From NCBI GenBank assembly GCA_001777665.1, contig MFEQ01000003.1:11258-75257 (forward strand): a stretch of 64,000 nucleotides of DNA. Reading direction: 5' to 3'. The DNA is from Candidatus Doudnabacteria bacterium RIFCSPHIGHO2_02_FULL_42_25. Lineage in GTDB: Bacteria > Patescibacteriota > Doudnabacteria > UBA920 > O2-02-FULL-48-8. The notes beneath the pieces are model-generated. The model had not been told where the DNA came from and ran no database searches. It was given only the letters and a program-made list of their open reading frames with translations. Below are positions 35,596 through 46,195 of the stretch, piece by piece (position 1 is the first letter of the stretch; each line of letters starts with the position of its first letter). A program made the position numbers and the translations under genes.

Positions 35596-37518
35596 ATGGA
35601 TATCTCTACACTATCTAAGCAATTGAATATGCCGGTTACACAGCTGCGATATAAAATTCGTGAAGCTGGTTTTTTCGTATCACCTAAAGCGAATAAGATT
35701 GATAATCAGATGGCGAAGCAAATAATCAATGCTTTGACTCAGACAAAGACTGAAGTCCCGACAGTTGCCCAGACGAAAGAAGTTTCTCTGCCAAAAGTTT
35801 TGAGTGTCAAAGAATTATCTACCAAATTGGGACTGGATGTAACAGTGGTCATCAAAAAGCTGATCCAAAATGGTGTGATGGCCACGATTAATGAAGAGAT
35901 TGATTATGATACTGCTGCGATAATTGCTGCAGATTTGGGCTTTAATGTTTCTGAAAAAACCGAAACCACTACTCGCTTGGGATTAGGTTATGTTTCAGAA
36001 GCAATAAAAAAAGAATCAGAAGAGAAGAATGAAGAGTTTATCATTCGCCCGCCGATCGTGGCGATTATGGGCCATGTTGACCATGGGAAAACTACACTTT
36101 TAGACACTATTCGCTCGACCAAGGTCGTGGACACTGAAGCTGGCCGAATTACTCAACATATAGGTGCATACCAAGTAGAACGTAATGGAAAATTTATTAC
36201 CTTCTTGGATACTCCAGGACATGAAGCTTTCGCGGCAATGCGCGCTCGTGGTGCAAATGTCACAGACATTATCGTATTAGTCGTGGCTGCAGATGATGGA
36301 GTGAAACCACAAACTATCGAAGTCATCAATCGCGCGAAGTTAACCGGCACACCATTAATCGTTGCGATTAATAAAGTGGATAAACCAGATTCGAATATTG
36401 AACGAGTCAAAAAAGAATTGTCTGACTATGGAGTACTGATCGAAGAGTGGGGTGGGAAGGTCCCGATTGCGAAACTATCCGCTTTAACAGGACAAGGCGT
36501 TGATGATTTATTGGATTTGATTTTATTGCAAGCAGAAGTTTTAGATTTAAAAGCCAATCCTAAAGGGGTAACATTAGCTACTGTCATCGAATCCCATGTT
36601 TCTCGAACTTTAGGATCTGTTGCTACTATTGTCGTGCAAAACGGAACTCTGAATCTGTCGGATTTCGTGGCGGCTGGAAAAGCTCATGGCAAAATTCGGT
36701 CCATGATGGATGCTAGGGGAGCGAAAATGAAATCAGCTGGGCCAGCTGCCGCTGTGCAAATTACAGGACTTTCTGATGTACCACAAGCCGGAGATATTTT
36801 GAAAACTTATGAAACTCAAGAAGAGGCACGAACTTATGCTGGAGATGTCATTAAATCTGATAGAGCTAAAAAAATTGCTGGTTCTAGAAGGTTGAATGTT
36901 ACTGGCAAAGATTTGAATTTAATTATCAAAGTTGATGTGAAGGGGAGTTTGGAAGCCATCAATGAGGCACTGAATAAACTGAAAAATGAAGAAGTCAAAA
37001 TCAATATCCTCGAAGAAGGTGTCGGTGAGATCAATGAAAACGATGTCTTGCGAGCGGCTTCGGCTGGGGGGACAATCATCGGGTTTCATACCAGACTTAG
37101 TCCGCAAGCTGCCAAATTAGCTCAAACAAAAAAAGTTATCGTCCAGCAATACGATATTATTTATGAATTACTCGAAGATATAACCAGACAAGTTGTCGAA
37201 ATGTTAACGCCGGAAGTTCTCCGCACTGATTTGGGCCGGGTCAAAATTTTGGGGATTTTCCGCACAGAAAAAGATCGAATGGTTATTGGCGGTGATGTGG
37301 CTGAAGGAAAAATTCGAGACAATGCGCAGTTTGAAATCAAACGCAATGATGAAATAGTTGGTAAGGGTCAAGTTTTGGAATTACAGCAAAATAAAGTTGC
37401 GGCGAAAGAAGTTTTGCGGGGTAGCCAGTTCGGCGCCAGTGTCAAAGCCAGCCCGAACGTCGAAGAAGGTGATGTATTGGTTTTGTTTGAAGAAACGATT
37501 AAGAAAAAGAGCTTATAA
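35596..37518 (+). CDS. infB: translation initiation factor IF-2
   Basis: GHVDHGKTTLLD, DTPGHEAF, NKVD G-domain motifs. Confidence 0.9.
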   Translation: MDISTLSKQLNMPVTQLRYKIREAGFFVSPKANKIDNQMAKQIINALTQTKTEVPTVAQTKEVSLPKVLSVKELSTKLGLDVTVVIKKLIQNGVMATINEEIDYDTAAIIAADLGFNVSEKTETTTRLGLGYVSEAIKKESEEKNEEFIIRPPIVAIMGHVDHGKTTLLDTIRSTKVVDTEAGRITQHIGAYQVERNGKFITFLDTPGHEAFAAMRARGANVTDIIVLVVAADDGVKPQTIEVINRAKLTGTPLIVAINKVDKPDSNIERVKKELSDYGVLIEEWGGKVPIAKLSALTGQGVDDLLDLILLQAEVLDLKANPKGVTLATVIESHVSRTLGSVATIVVQNGTLNLSDFVAAGKAHGKIRSMMDARGAKMKSAGPAAAVQITGLSDVPQAGDILKTYETQEEARTYAGDVIKSDRAKKIAGSRRLNVTGKDLNLIIKVDVKGSLEAINEALNKLKNEEVKINILEEGVGEINENDVLRAASAGGTIIGFHTRLSPQAAKLAQTKKVIVQQYDIIYELLEDITRQVVEMLTPEVLRTDLGRVKILGIFRTEKDRMVIGGDVAEGKIRDNAQFEIKRNDEIVGKGQVLELQQNKVAAKEVLRGSQFGASVKASPNVEEGDVLVLFEETIKKKSL

Positions 37519-37584
37519 AGTATTAAGGGGTGAGTATAAAGGGGTAAGGAACTCCTTAATACTTACTACTTAGCCCTTATCCCT

Positions 37585-37920
37585 ATGTCACGAAGAACCG
37601 AGAAAGTGGCGTCATTGATCCAACATGAGGTTGGAGAGTTTATTATCAAACTCGAACTGCCAGCACTGACGACAATTAGTAAAGTGGAAATTACTCCAGA
37701 CCTCAAGTGGGGAAAGCTTTGGGTTACCGTAATGGGTGATGATAAAGAGCAGAAAGAAGTATTAAGTATATTGGGTGAAAATTTACCAGAACTCCAAAGA
37801 TCACTGAATCAAAAATTAGAAATGAAATTTGTACCCAGAATAAAATTTGTCCTCGATCACGGGGAAGAGTACGCGGCCAAAATTAATGAGTTGTTGAGAA
37901 AAGCTCATGAATCCCGTTAG
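37585..37920 (+). CDS. rbfA: ribosome-binding factor A
   Basis: MSRRTEKVASLIQHEVGEFI signature, directly after infB. Confidence 0.85.
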   Translation: MSRRTEKVASLIQHEVGEFIIKLELPALTTISKVEITPDLKWGKLWVTVMGDDKEQKEVLSILGENLPELQRSLNQKLEMKFVPRIKFVLDHGEEYAAKINELLRKAHESR

Positions 37921-38012
37921 AAATTTTACATCGTTAGTGAGTCGTAATATTATACTCGAATCGGGATATTATAATAAATTTAATTATTTAACTAATCATT
38001 ATTTCTAACGGG

Positions 38013-38966
38013 ATGAAGACCAATAAACTACCATTTAAAAAAGCTCTAGAATTAATTAATAACTCCAACAGAGTGCTGTTGACCATGCATGAAGGACCAG
38101 ATGGCGATGATTTAGGTTCGCTTTTGGCCATGCGTTATTTCCTGAAGCAGTTGGGCAAAGAACCGACAGCAATCATCAAAGGGGATGTGCCTGATAATTT
38201 AAGTTTTCTTCCTGATGTAAATGTCATCAAGCAAGAGATCGATCATCTTAACTTTGATTTGGTGATTTTTTTTGGGTGTAATTTAGCAGCCCGAACTGGG
38301 TTTAAGCAATTAGAGAATTTAAAATTGTCTTCAATTAGTTTTGATCATCATCCGGACAATCAAGAATTTGCGATTGTCAATGTCGTGGATCCGGAGACTT
38401 CGGCTGTGGCAGAATTGGTTTATTATTTTTTGGAATTTGCTGATGCGGAGCTGACGAAAGAAATGGCAACGTGTTTACTAACGGGAATTTTTACAGACAC
38501 CGGTGGGTTCAAGCATGCCAATACTTCGTCTGAAGCTCTGGAAGTGGCGGCTCACTTGCTGAAAAAAGGGGCCAGGATAGATAAGATCGCCATCCAAACC
38601 ATGGGGAAGAAACGACCATCAGCCATTAAAGCTTGGGCCAAAGGCTTAGAGAATGCCCGATTTGATCCGGAAAAGAAAATGGTGTTTTCGGTACTAACTG
38701 AAGAAGATTTGCGAGAGATTGGGGCGACTGACGAAGATTTAGACGGGTTTGTGGAATTACTCAATAACATGCCACAATCTCGATTTGCTCTTTTACTTCG
38801 GCAAGATGGCGATGTAGTCCGAGGCAGTCTTCGTTCCGAACCCCAGAAAAAAGTAGATGTTTCGAAAATCGCCAAATCATTCGGCGGCGGCGGCCATAAA
38901 CTCGCCTCCGGGTTCAAGATCAAAGGCAAACTCAAAAAAGAAGGAGACGCGTGGTCTATTCAGTAG
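38013..38966 (+). CDS. DHH-family phosphoesterase (NrnA-like)
   Basis: DGDDLGS and FDHHPDN motifs. Confidence 0.75.
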   Translation: MKTNKLPFKKALELINNSNRVLLTMHEGPDGDDLGSLLAMRYFLKQLGKEPTAIIKGDVPDNLSFLPDVNVIKQEIDHLNFDLVIFFGCNLAARTGFKQLENLKLSSISFDHHPDNQEFAIVNVVDPETSAVAELVYYFLEFADAELTKEMATCLLTGIFTDTGGFKHANTSSEALEVAAHLLKKGARIDKIAIQTMGKKRPSAIKAWAKGLENARFDPEKKMVFSVLTEEDLREIGATDEDLDGFVELLNNMPQSRFALLLRQDGDVVRGSLRSEPQKKVDVSKIAKSFGGGGHKLASGFKIKGKLKKEGDAWSIQ

Positions 38967-39025
38967 TTTTTGATTCAGGCTTCACGTTTCAGGTTTCATG
39001 ACTTTTATGGTAGAATTAGTCACGT

Positions 39026-41230
39026 ATGGCAAGAAAAAAACATCAAGAACAATTCGATTATTCCAATTTTAAAAGACCACAGTTAAACCTCAAACGAGAA
39101 ACCAGGCGGGGGGTGGCTGTGGTAGTTTTTATAGTTTTAGCGATTTTGTTCGCGCTTAGCCTAGCGAATTTAGCTGGTCCATTTGGCGGAATCGCTAATC
39201 AAGTTTTGAAATTAGCGTTTGGGTGGGTGGCTTATGTGACACCAATTATCTTTTTAATTGTCTCGATTGCATTGTTTCGGCAAGATCCTGATGAAGAATC
39301 GTCTACAGTTTCCACTCATGCATATGTAGGTGCAGTTTTGTTAACACTGACCCTGACTGGGTTTTTACATTTAATAGTCATTAGACCTGATATCACAGAA
39401 GCCTTTGATTTAGTAAAAGATGGCCGAGGAGGGGGATACTTAGGTGTACTGTCTTCTTACCCACTCATGAATTTTTTAGGGTTTATCGCCAGTCTGGTAA
39501 TTTTGTTAGCCGGAATAATTGTTTCGGTATTAGTCACATTTAATATTTCATTTACTAATTTATTTAAAAAGTCAGTAAGCAGTAAACAGGAAACAGTAAA
39601 CAAGGAACCCAGCAAACTCAAAATCAATAATGCGGGGAATATTGGGTTTACTAAAGAAGTAATTAGCGAACCAAACAAGGTTGCTTCGAGAGAAAAACAG
39701 GAAATCGAGATTAATGCTTTCGAAGATATCAAAGTTTCGAAAGTAAAAATGACTTCGACAATAGATAAGAATTGGAAGTTTCCCTCCATTGATTTATTGG
39801 AAGACGCGTCGAGTAAAGTTGATTCTGGTAATATCGAAACGAATGTCGCTGTTATTCAAAAAACTCTCAATGACTTCGGGATCGATGTCGAGATGGGTGA
39901 AGTCAATGTTGGACCAACAGTGACCCAATATACTTTCCGGCCAGCAGTTGGCGTCAAACTTTCGCAAATTGCCAGTCTACAAAATGATTTAGCACTGGCA
40001 TTGGCAGCACCTTCAGTGAGAATGGAACTGCCGATTCCGGGGAAAGCTTTGGTGGGTATTGAAATTCCGAACAAAACTAAAGCCGCAGTTCGCATCAAAG
40101 AAATTATTGGGCATCAAATGTTCATGGAACAGCCCTCGAAGTTGGCGTTTGCTTTGGGCCGCGATGTTGCTGGACATCCGATGATAGCCGAGTTGGGGCG
40201 CATGCCGCATTTGTTAATAGCTGGAGCGACTGGCAGTGGGAAATCCATTGCCATCAATACGCTTTTGATCAGTTTATTGTATCGATCAACTCCACAAGAA
40301 GTGAAATTTATTCTAATCGATCCCAAGCGAGTTGAATTGAATTTGTATAATGGATTGCCGCACTTATTAACTGGAGTAATTATTGATCACCAAAAAGCCG
40401 TAAATGCTCTGAAGTGGGCAGTAGCAGAAATGGATCGACGCTACAAACTTCTTTCGGAAGTTCATAAACGAAATATTGGTGAATATAATAATGCATCTGC
40501 CAGCAAACTACCCTATCTGGTAGTTATTGTAGATGAGTTAGCGGATTTGATGTCTGTGGCGCAAAATGATGTGGAAGCGGCAATCGTGCGGCTCGCCCAA
40601 ATGGCCAGAGCCGTGGGGATTCATTTGGTGGTCGCGACTCAACGTCCATCAGTGGATGTTATTACCGGATTGATCAAAGCCAACATCACGGCACGCATGG
40701 CATTCGCTGTCGCATCACAAGTTGATTCACGAACTATTCTAGATTCTGCAGGAGCGGAAAAACTTTTGGGCCAGGGAGATATGTTGTATGTCACTTCTGA
40801 ATTACCAAAGCCAAAACGTATTCAAGGAACCTATGTTGCTGAAAAAGAAATTAAGAAAGTTGTGGAGTTTATTAAAGGCCAAACCGGTTCGGTGATTTAT
40901 GACGAACAGATAACTGAAAAACCACAACGCGGTTCCAGTACTCCTGGATTTGATAATGGTGGTGATGATGAAGAAGATGAAATGTTTGCAGAAGCAGTGG
41001 AATTAGTCCGCCAAGCAGGTAAAGCATCGGCGTCATTACTACAAAGAAGATTACGACTTGGTTATGCCAGAGCTGCGCGCATATTAGACATCATGGAAGA
41101 TAAAGGAATCGTCGGCCCTGCCGAAGGTGCAAAGCCACGAGAAGTATATGGAGTTAGTGAAGGAGCTGTCGAAGCATCAACAGATCCTGAAGCTGAAGAG
41201 TTTGAAAAATCACAAAAAGGGCAATACTAG
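39026..41230 (+). CDS. ftsK: DNA translocase FtsK/SpoIIIE
   Basis: N-terminal TM helices, Walker A GATGSGKS, VVIVDELADLM, and a C-terminal gamma domain. Confidence 0.9.
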   Translation: MARKKHQEQFDYSNFKRPQLNLKRETRRGVAVVVFIVLAILFALSLANLAGPFGGIANQVLKLAFGWVAYVTPIIFLIVSIALFRQDPDEESSTVSTHAYVGAVLLTLTLTGFLHLIVIRPDITEAFDLVKDGRGGGYLGVLSSYPLMNFLGFIASLVILLAGIIVSVLVTFNISFTNLFKKSVSSKQETVNKEPSKLKINNAGNIGFTKEVISEPNKVASREKQEIEINAFEDIKVSKVKMTSTIDKNWKFPSIDLLEDASSKVDSGNIETNVAVIQKTLNDFGIDVEMGEVNVGPTVTQYTFRPAVGVKLSQIASLQNDLALALAAPSVRMELPIPGKALVGIEIPNKTKAAVRIKEIIGHQMFMEQPSKLAFALGRDVAGHPMIAELGRMPHLLIAGATGSGKSIAINTLLISLLYRSTPQEVKFILIDPKRVELNLYNGLPHLLTGVIIDHQKAVNALKWAVAEMDRRYKLLSEVHKRNIGEYNNASASKLPYLVVIVDELADLMSVAQNDVEAAIVRLAQMARAVGIHLVVATQRPSVDVITGLIKANITARMAFAVASQVDSRTILDSAGAEKLLGQGDMLYVTSELPKPKRIQGTYVAEKEIKKVVEFIKGQTGSVIYDEQITEKPQRGSSTPGFDNGGDDEEDEMFAEAVELVRQAGKASASLLQRRLRLGYARAARILDIMEDKGIVGPAEGAKPREVYGVSEGAVEASTDPEAEEFEKSQKGQY

Positions 41231-41400
41231 CTCGGAACGAAATTTTAGCGAACGTAAAAATCTGCAATTTGTTATGTACTTCAGAGTGGATTTTTACTCG
41301 CGTTGCGATTTTTGAGGAAATACGCAAAGCGTCCTAAAATTTGTTCCTCGCTTGACACCGCAAATTAGCGGGAGCATAATAAATATATAAATGAATAAAC

Positions 41401-41430
41401 AAAGGCGGTCGGAAGGCCGCTTTTATTTGT
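41401..41430 (+). terminator. terminator hairpin aaaggcggtcggaaggccgcttttatttg
   Basis: Hairpin plus a T-run. Preceded by TTGACA-17-CATAAT at 41352-41380. Confidence 0.5.
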
Positions 41431-41524
41431 ATGCCCGCCTCGTCTCGAGCTAAAGCTCGACGGCGAGATCGAGACGGGATATTATTTCTTTAATGGAAAT
41501 AGTTGGTGTCGGAGAAAGGTAAAA

Positions 41525-42538
41525 ATGTCAGAAAATCAAGAAAATAAGGGCGAAATCATTATTTATAAGGGACAAGATTCACCTCAAATACAGGTCAATC
41601 TTGTTGATGAGACTGTTTGGCTCACGCAAGCTCAAATGGCCGAGCTTTTTGATAAAGATGTTAATACTATTGGTGAGCATATTCAGAACGTCTATAAAAC
41701 CGCAGAACTAAGCCAAAATCGAACTACCCGGAAATTCCGGGTAGTTCAAACTGAAGGAAAAAGGGAGGTTAATCGTGAATTAGAGCATTATAACCTCGAT
41801 ATGATCATTTCCGTAGGGTATCGGGTGAACTCCAAGCGCGGGACACAGTTTAGAATTTGGGCGACTCAAAGACTTCGAGATTTCTTACTTAAGGGGTATC
41901 TGATCAACGAAAAACGACTTCAAGAGAACCAGCAATTAAAGTTGAAAGAGTTGCAACAGGCGATCACTCTGATGCAACAAGCTCTGGAAGTGAAACGTCT
42001 GGAAGGCTACGAAAAAGAATTACTTCACATCATTACTGATTACACCAATACTTGGATTACATTAAACGAGTTCGATAAAGGGGATTTGAAGTTAGATCAA
42101 GTTACGAAGAAAGTTGTAAAGCATCTGGATTATGATCAAGTTAAAAAATCAATTGAACGATTTAAGACTCGATTAATCAAAGATGACGAAGCTTCAGATT
42201 TGTTTGGTTCTGAAGTCGGAAAAAAGTTGGCACAGGTTTTAGGCAGCATCGGCCAAACTTATGGCGGTAAAGATCTGTATCCAAGCCTTGATGAAAAAGC
42301 TGCGCACATCTTATACTTTGCGGTGAAGGATCATCCGTTTGTCGATGGCAACAAAAGAATTGGTGCGTTGTTATTTTTACTTTTCTTAATCAACAATAAT
42401 TATTTGATTAACAAAAAAGGTGAGCGCAAAGTAAATGATACAGCACTGACTGTTTTGACTTTGCTCGTGGCAGCCAGCAAACCAGACCAAAAAGATGTTA
42501 TGATAAAGTTAATAGTCAATTTGATAAACAAGAAATAG
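41525..42538 (+). CDS. RhuM-family N-terminal domain fused to Doc/Fic-family toxin domain
   Basis: RhuM-like IIIYKGQDSPQIQVNLVDETVWLTQAQMAELF...SVGYRVNSKRGTQFRIWATQ. C-terminal Doc-type motif HPFVDGNKR. Confidence 0.6.
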   Translation: MSENQENKGEIIIYKGQDSPQIQVNLVDETVWLTQAQMAELFDKDVNTIGEHIQNVYKTAELSQNRTTRKFRVVQTEGKREVNRELEHYNLDMIISVGYRVNSKRGTQFRIWATQRLRDFLLKGYLINEKRLQENQQLKLKELQQAITLMQQALEVKRLEGYEKELLHIITDYTNTWITLNEFDKGDLKLDQVTKKVVKHLDYDQVKKSIERFKTRLIKDDEASDLFGSEVGKKLAQVLGSIGQTYGGKDLYPSLDEKAAHILYFAVKDHPFVDGNKRIGALLFLLFLINNNYLINKKGERKVNDTALTVLTLLVAASKPDQKDVMIKLIVNLINKK

Positions 42539-42567
42539 TAATTAGTAAATAGTAAGCAGTAATCAGA

Positions 42568-43503
42568 ATGTCTGACCCCTTATTTAAAACCAAGCAAGTT
42601 AAGATTGATACTCTGGGTGAGTATTTGCAGCAAGTCCGGAAGCAACTGAATTTGGATATAAAGACTGTGAGTATCTTGGCTCAAATCAAACCTAACTATT
42701 TGGAGCTACTTGAAGCCGGGGCTTATTCGAAATTGCCCGCAGAAGTTTACATCCGTGGCTTTCTTAAAAGTTTAGCTGATTTTTATCACATCAAAGAACA
42801 AATGTTAATTGATCAGTATGAAAAAGAGCGAGGCGAGAATATCCAGCCAATTCCGATTTCGAAAATGGGAAAAAATAGTTGGCTGTCATTTACACCCCGT
42901 ACATTAATTGTTGGATCAAGTTTGTTGGTTGCCCTGATCGCGATAATTTATGTAGGCCTGGAAATTCGTTCAGTGCTGGCACCTCCCTATTTAAATTTGG
43001 AAGAGCCAGGTTCTGATGTCACCGTGGACGGTAATAGTGTGGTAGTGGCTGGAACTGGCGAAATAGGGGCGGCGGTATTTATCAACAACCAACCGGTGCT
43101 GATGGATCAAAATGGGAATTTTACAGAAACGTTACTTTTGAGCCCAGGGGTAAATATCATAGAGGTTACGGAGAAGAACAAGTTTGATAAGGTCAGTAAA
43201 ATCACCAGACAAGTCACTTCGCAAGCACTTCCAGAACAACCAGTTACTGCCCAAGATTTGAGTTTAATTGTGGAAATCGGTCCGAACAGTGCTTGGGTGA
43301 ATTTACAAGCTGATGGAGTATTGATCTACCGCGGCACCATGCTTCCAGGTTCGACGAAGTCAATAGCTGCGAAAAATGAAATTATTTTAACTTCCGCCAA
43401 TGCGGGGTCGACGAAAATTATCTACAACGGAAAGGATTTGGGATTAATGGGGCGGGAAGGTGAAGTTATTCGGAATGTTGAGTTTTCAAGTTCGGGTCAA
43501 TAG
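42568..43503 (+). CDS. RodZ-like protein (HTH + TM + DUF4115)
   Basis: N-terminal XRE-type HTH (LGEYLQQVRKQLNLDIKTVS), one TM helix, and a C-terminal beta-rich domain. Confidence 0.55.
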   Translation: MSDPLFKTKQVKIDTLGEYLQQVRKQLNLDIKTVSILAQIKPNYLELLEAGAYSKLPAEVYIRGFLKSLADFYHIKEQMLIDQYEKERGENIQPIPISKMGKNSWLSFTPRTLIVGSSLLVALIAIIYVGLEIRSVLAPPYLNLEEPGSDVTVDGNSVVVAGTGEIGAAVFINNQPVLMDQNGNFTETLLLSPGVNIIEVTEKNKFDKVSKITRQVTSQALPEQPVTAQDLSLIVEIGPNSAWVNLQADGVLIYRGTMLPGSTKSIAAKNEIILTSANAGSTKIIYNGKDLGLMGREGEVIRNVEFSSSGQ

Positions 43504-43558
43504 AATATAATTAACTCATGAGTTCATGAAACATGGATCATGAAACATATATAAATTT

Positions 43559-44608
43559 ATGGCTAAAGGTTCAAACAAAATTGATTCAAGTAATAAAAAC
43601 CTCGAAGAGACTCTTACTTCTATAAGAGATAAATTTGGGGAAGGTTCAATCATGACTTTGCAAAAAGCTAAGACTATGAATGTAGAAGTTGTTCCAACGG
43701 GTAGCATATCGTTGGACTTAGCTTTGGGTGCTGGTGGAATTCCTATAGGGAGAGTCATCGAAATCTTCGGGCCGGAAGCGTCTGGGAAAACAACGCTGGC
43801 CATGCACATAGTCGCTGAAGTTCAAAAGAAGGGTGGAGTGGCGGCGTTTGTGGATGCGGAACATGCGCTCGACCCGGATCGAGCCAAAGCGGTGGGAGTG
43901 AAAATTGATAAGCTTTTAATTTCCCAGCCAGACAACGGTGAGCAAGCGCTAGACATTGTGGAGGCATTAGTCCGATCCGGAACTGTGGATATCATCGTTG
44001 TGGATTCAGTGGCCGCGCTCACTCCTCGGGCAGAGATCGAGGGTGAGATGGGGGATTCTCATATGGGACTTCATGCCCGACTCATGAGTCAGGCACTCCG
44101 CAAGCTGACTGCGATTATTTCCAAGACCAATTGCACCGTAATTTTCATAAACCAGATCCGAATGAAGATCGGCGTAATGTTTGGCAACCCTGAAACAACT
44201 ACCGGTGGCCAAGCATTGAAGTTTTATTCTTCAGTTCGCATCGAAATTCGGAGATTGGCACAAATCAAACAGGGCGAATCGATAGTCGGCAGTCGAGTCA
44301 AAGTTAAAATTGTGAAAAATAAGGTTGGAGCACCTTTCAAATCCACGGAATTCGATATTATGTTCTCCGAAGGTGGTATTTCTCACACTGGTGACCTACT
44401 CGATACAGGTATAACCTACAAAGTGATTGAAAAAACTGGGAACACTTACAATTTTGGGGATAACAAACTCGGAGTGGGCAGGGAAAATGCTAAAACTTTC
44501 CTCAAAGAGAATCCAAAAGTTGCTCAAGAGATCGAAAAAGCTATCCGTCGCCAGGCCAAAGACGTAGACTTGGCCTTGGTCGACTCGAATCCAGCACCAG
44601 TTTTGTAA
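43559..44608 (+). CDS. recA: recombinase RecA
   Basis: GPEASGKTT Walker A and conserved L1/L2 regions. Confidence 0.95.
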   Translation: MAKGSNKIDSSNKNLEETLTSIRDKFGEGSIMTLQKAKTMNVEVVPTGSISLDLALGAGGIPIGRVIEIFGPEASGKTTLAMHIVAEVQKKGGVAAFVDAEHALDPDRAKAVGVKIDKLLISQPDNGEQALDIVEALVRSGTVDIIVVDSVAALTPRAEIEGEMGDSHMGLHARLMSQALRKLTAIISKTNCTVIFINQIRMKIGVMFGNPETTTGGQALKFYSSVRIEIRRLAQIKQGESIVGSRVKVKIVKNKVGAPFKSTEFDIMFSEGGISHTGDLLDTGITYKVIEKTGNTYNFGDNKLGVGRENAKTFLKENPKVAQEIEKAIRRQAKDVDLALVDSNPAPVL

Positions 44609-44624
44609 AAAAACTGGTGCTGGA

Positions 44625-44653
44625 TTGACAGCGCTTATTTTTTTTGCTATAAT
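44625..44653 (+). promoter_or_regulatory. promoter TTGACA-17-TATAAT immediately after recA, leading into about 600 nt without ORFs
   Basis: -35 44625-44630, -10 44648-44653. Confidence 0.5.
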
Positions 44654-45023
44654 AGTTGTATTGAAAGTCGGATTAGGGATTAGAACCTTGAAAACTGAAT
44701 AAACGAGGATAGCGGGGAAAGCCGAAGCCTTAAAAATCTGAAATATTTGAGTCTTTGACGTTCTTCACTATTCGTCATAGCTGTTCTAACCCAGCTGCTT
44801 GCAAAACAAAAATAAAAATCGTTTGAATAAAAAAATAAAACAAACATAAAACAAAAATTGTTAGGGTGATTTCGATCACCACAAGAACAGTGAAGAAATC
44901 TCTTATAGAGTGGTTAGATATATAAGCGTTCTTTTTCGGTTTTATCATCGTGATGTTTACCACTGCTTCAGGCTTTGGAGCTTGAAACTTTTGAACAAAA
45001 TTTTCAAAAGATAAATTTCAAGC

Positions 45024-45165
45024 CCCGGATCCTGTAAGCGGTGATAAGCTTGATGCTAAGGCCGCCTACAGGGCGGACTCGCTACAATATAAAATATTTA
45101 GAGCGGCATGTCCGCTCTGTAATCAACTAAACTTGTCCCGGACTTGATCCGGGATTACAGAGCAC
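45024..45165 (+). other. GC-enriched cluster of nested hairpins (candidate structured RNA or REP-like element)
   Basis: CCTGTAAGCGG...CCGCCTACAGG, GAGCGGcatgtCCGCTC, and CTCTGTAATC...GATTACAGAG enclosing copy 3 of the CCCGGACTTGATCCGGG hairpin. Confidence 0.4.
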
Positions 45166-45253
45166 AGAAATATAAACACTTGAGCCTACAAAGAAGAAGG
45201 CTTTTTTTGTTGCCCAAATTTTGGTATAATAAGATTAATTAATTTTTGAATAT

Positions 45254-45616
45254 ATGACCTCGAAGAGTTTAATTGAAGAGAATAAGAAAAAATTATTAGC
45301 TGAAGCAAAACGGTTGCGAGCGATTTTGAACAAAGAAGATATCAAAGATGGTCCCGGAGAATTTCCCGGTGAGTACAAACCGAAGTATGATGATGTCGGT
45401 CGTGAGGACGGCGAGAACGCAACTGAAGTAGAAAATTTTCAGAACCAACTTTCCGTGACGTACGATTTGGAAGCGAAACTGCAGAAAATAAAAATCGCAC
45501 TCGCAAGAATGGAAGATGGAAGTTATGGCACGTGTGCTGTTGGTGGTGAAGAGATCGAAGAAGAAAGATTGCGAGCCGAGCCATCAGCAGATACTTGTGT
45601 TGCTCATGCATTGTAG
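45254..45616 (+). CDS. DksA/TraR-family C4 zinc-finger protein
   Basis: C-terminal DGSYGTCAVGGEEIEEERLRAEPSADTCVAH. Confidence 0.7.
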   Translation: MTSKSLIEENKKKLLAEAKRLRAILNKEDIKDGPGEFPGEYKPKYDDVGREDGENATEVENFQNQLSVTYDLEAKLQKIKIALARMEDGSYGTCAVGGEEIEEERLRAEPSADTCVAHAL

Positions 45617-46009
45617 ATGATGCTGAAAAAAATATTATTTTTATTTTTAGTTGATCAAGTCACGAAATTAATTTTTGATTATCGTGAAGTAAAAAACTTT
45701 GGGTTGTCGTTTGCGATAAACTTAGGACCGATACCAAATTTGATTCTGGTAATTTTGGGCCTAAGTTTTTTCATTTATTATTATTGGCAACGCCGCGAAA
45801 AATTTACTTATGTCGGCGAGCTAACTTTTGTTTTTATTTTTGCCGGGGCGTTGTCTAATATTTTTGATCGAGCATACTTTGGTTACGTCAGAGATTTTAT
45901 GGATTTGGGCTGGGGTTTTACTTTTAATTTAGCTGACATATTTGTGGTGGTCGGATTGATTTTGTTTTTATATCTGCCTGATAAAGATAAGTATCAAAAT
46001 TTTGGCTGA
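45617..46009 (+). CDS. lspA: lipoprotein signal peptidase II
   Basis: DQVTK, NLGP, SNIFDR, FNLADIF motifs across four TM helices. Confidence 0.8.
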   Translation: MMLKKILFLFLVDQVTKLIFDYREVKNFGLSFAINLGPIPNLILVILGLSFFIYYYWQRREKFTYVGELTFVFIFAGALSNIFDRAYFGYVRDFMDLGWGFTFNLADIFVVVGLILFLYLPDKDKYQNFG

Positions 46010-46068
46010 AATGCCAATTGTGATTTTGGGAAGTAGGAGTAGTATGAAGTCGAAAGGGGGTGGGCATC

Positions 46069-46185
46069 ATGGAAAAATCACAAGGTCGGGGTTGGCATGG
46101 AGATTCTGAAGGCCATAGACGAGCAGGCAGACTAGGGGGTCGGGCAAGAGGCAAGAAAAGAGGGAGAACTAGCACAAGTCCTTAG
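46069..46185 (+). CDS. small KGG-repeat stress-protein-like ORF (38 aa), not in the ORF track
   Basis: MEKSQGRGWHGDSEGHRRAGRLGGRARGKKRGRTSTSP. SD aaggggg upstream and an intrinsic terminator directly downstream. Confidence 0.4.
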   Translation: MEKSQGRGWHGDSEGHRRAGRLGGRARGKKRGRTSTSP

Positions 46186-46195
46186 GATTTCTTTA

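Noticed and set aside
44775-44963. 62-aa hydrophobic minus-strand ORF in the post-recA region
   Set aside because: No SD or promoter seen, and AT-rich low-complexity sequence. The region is more plausibly non-coding.
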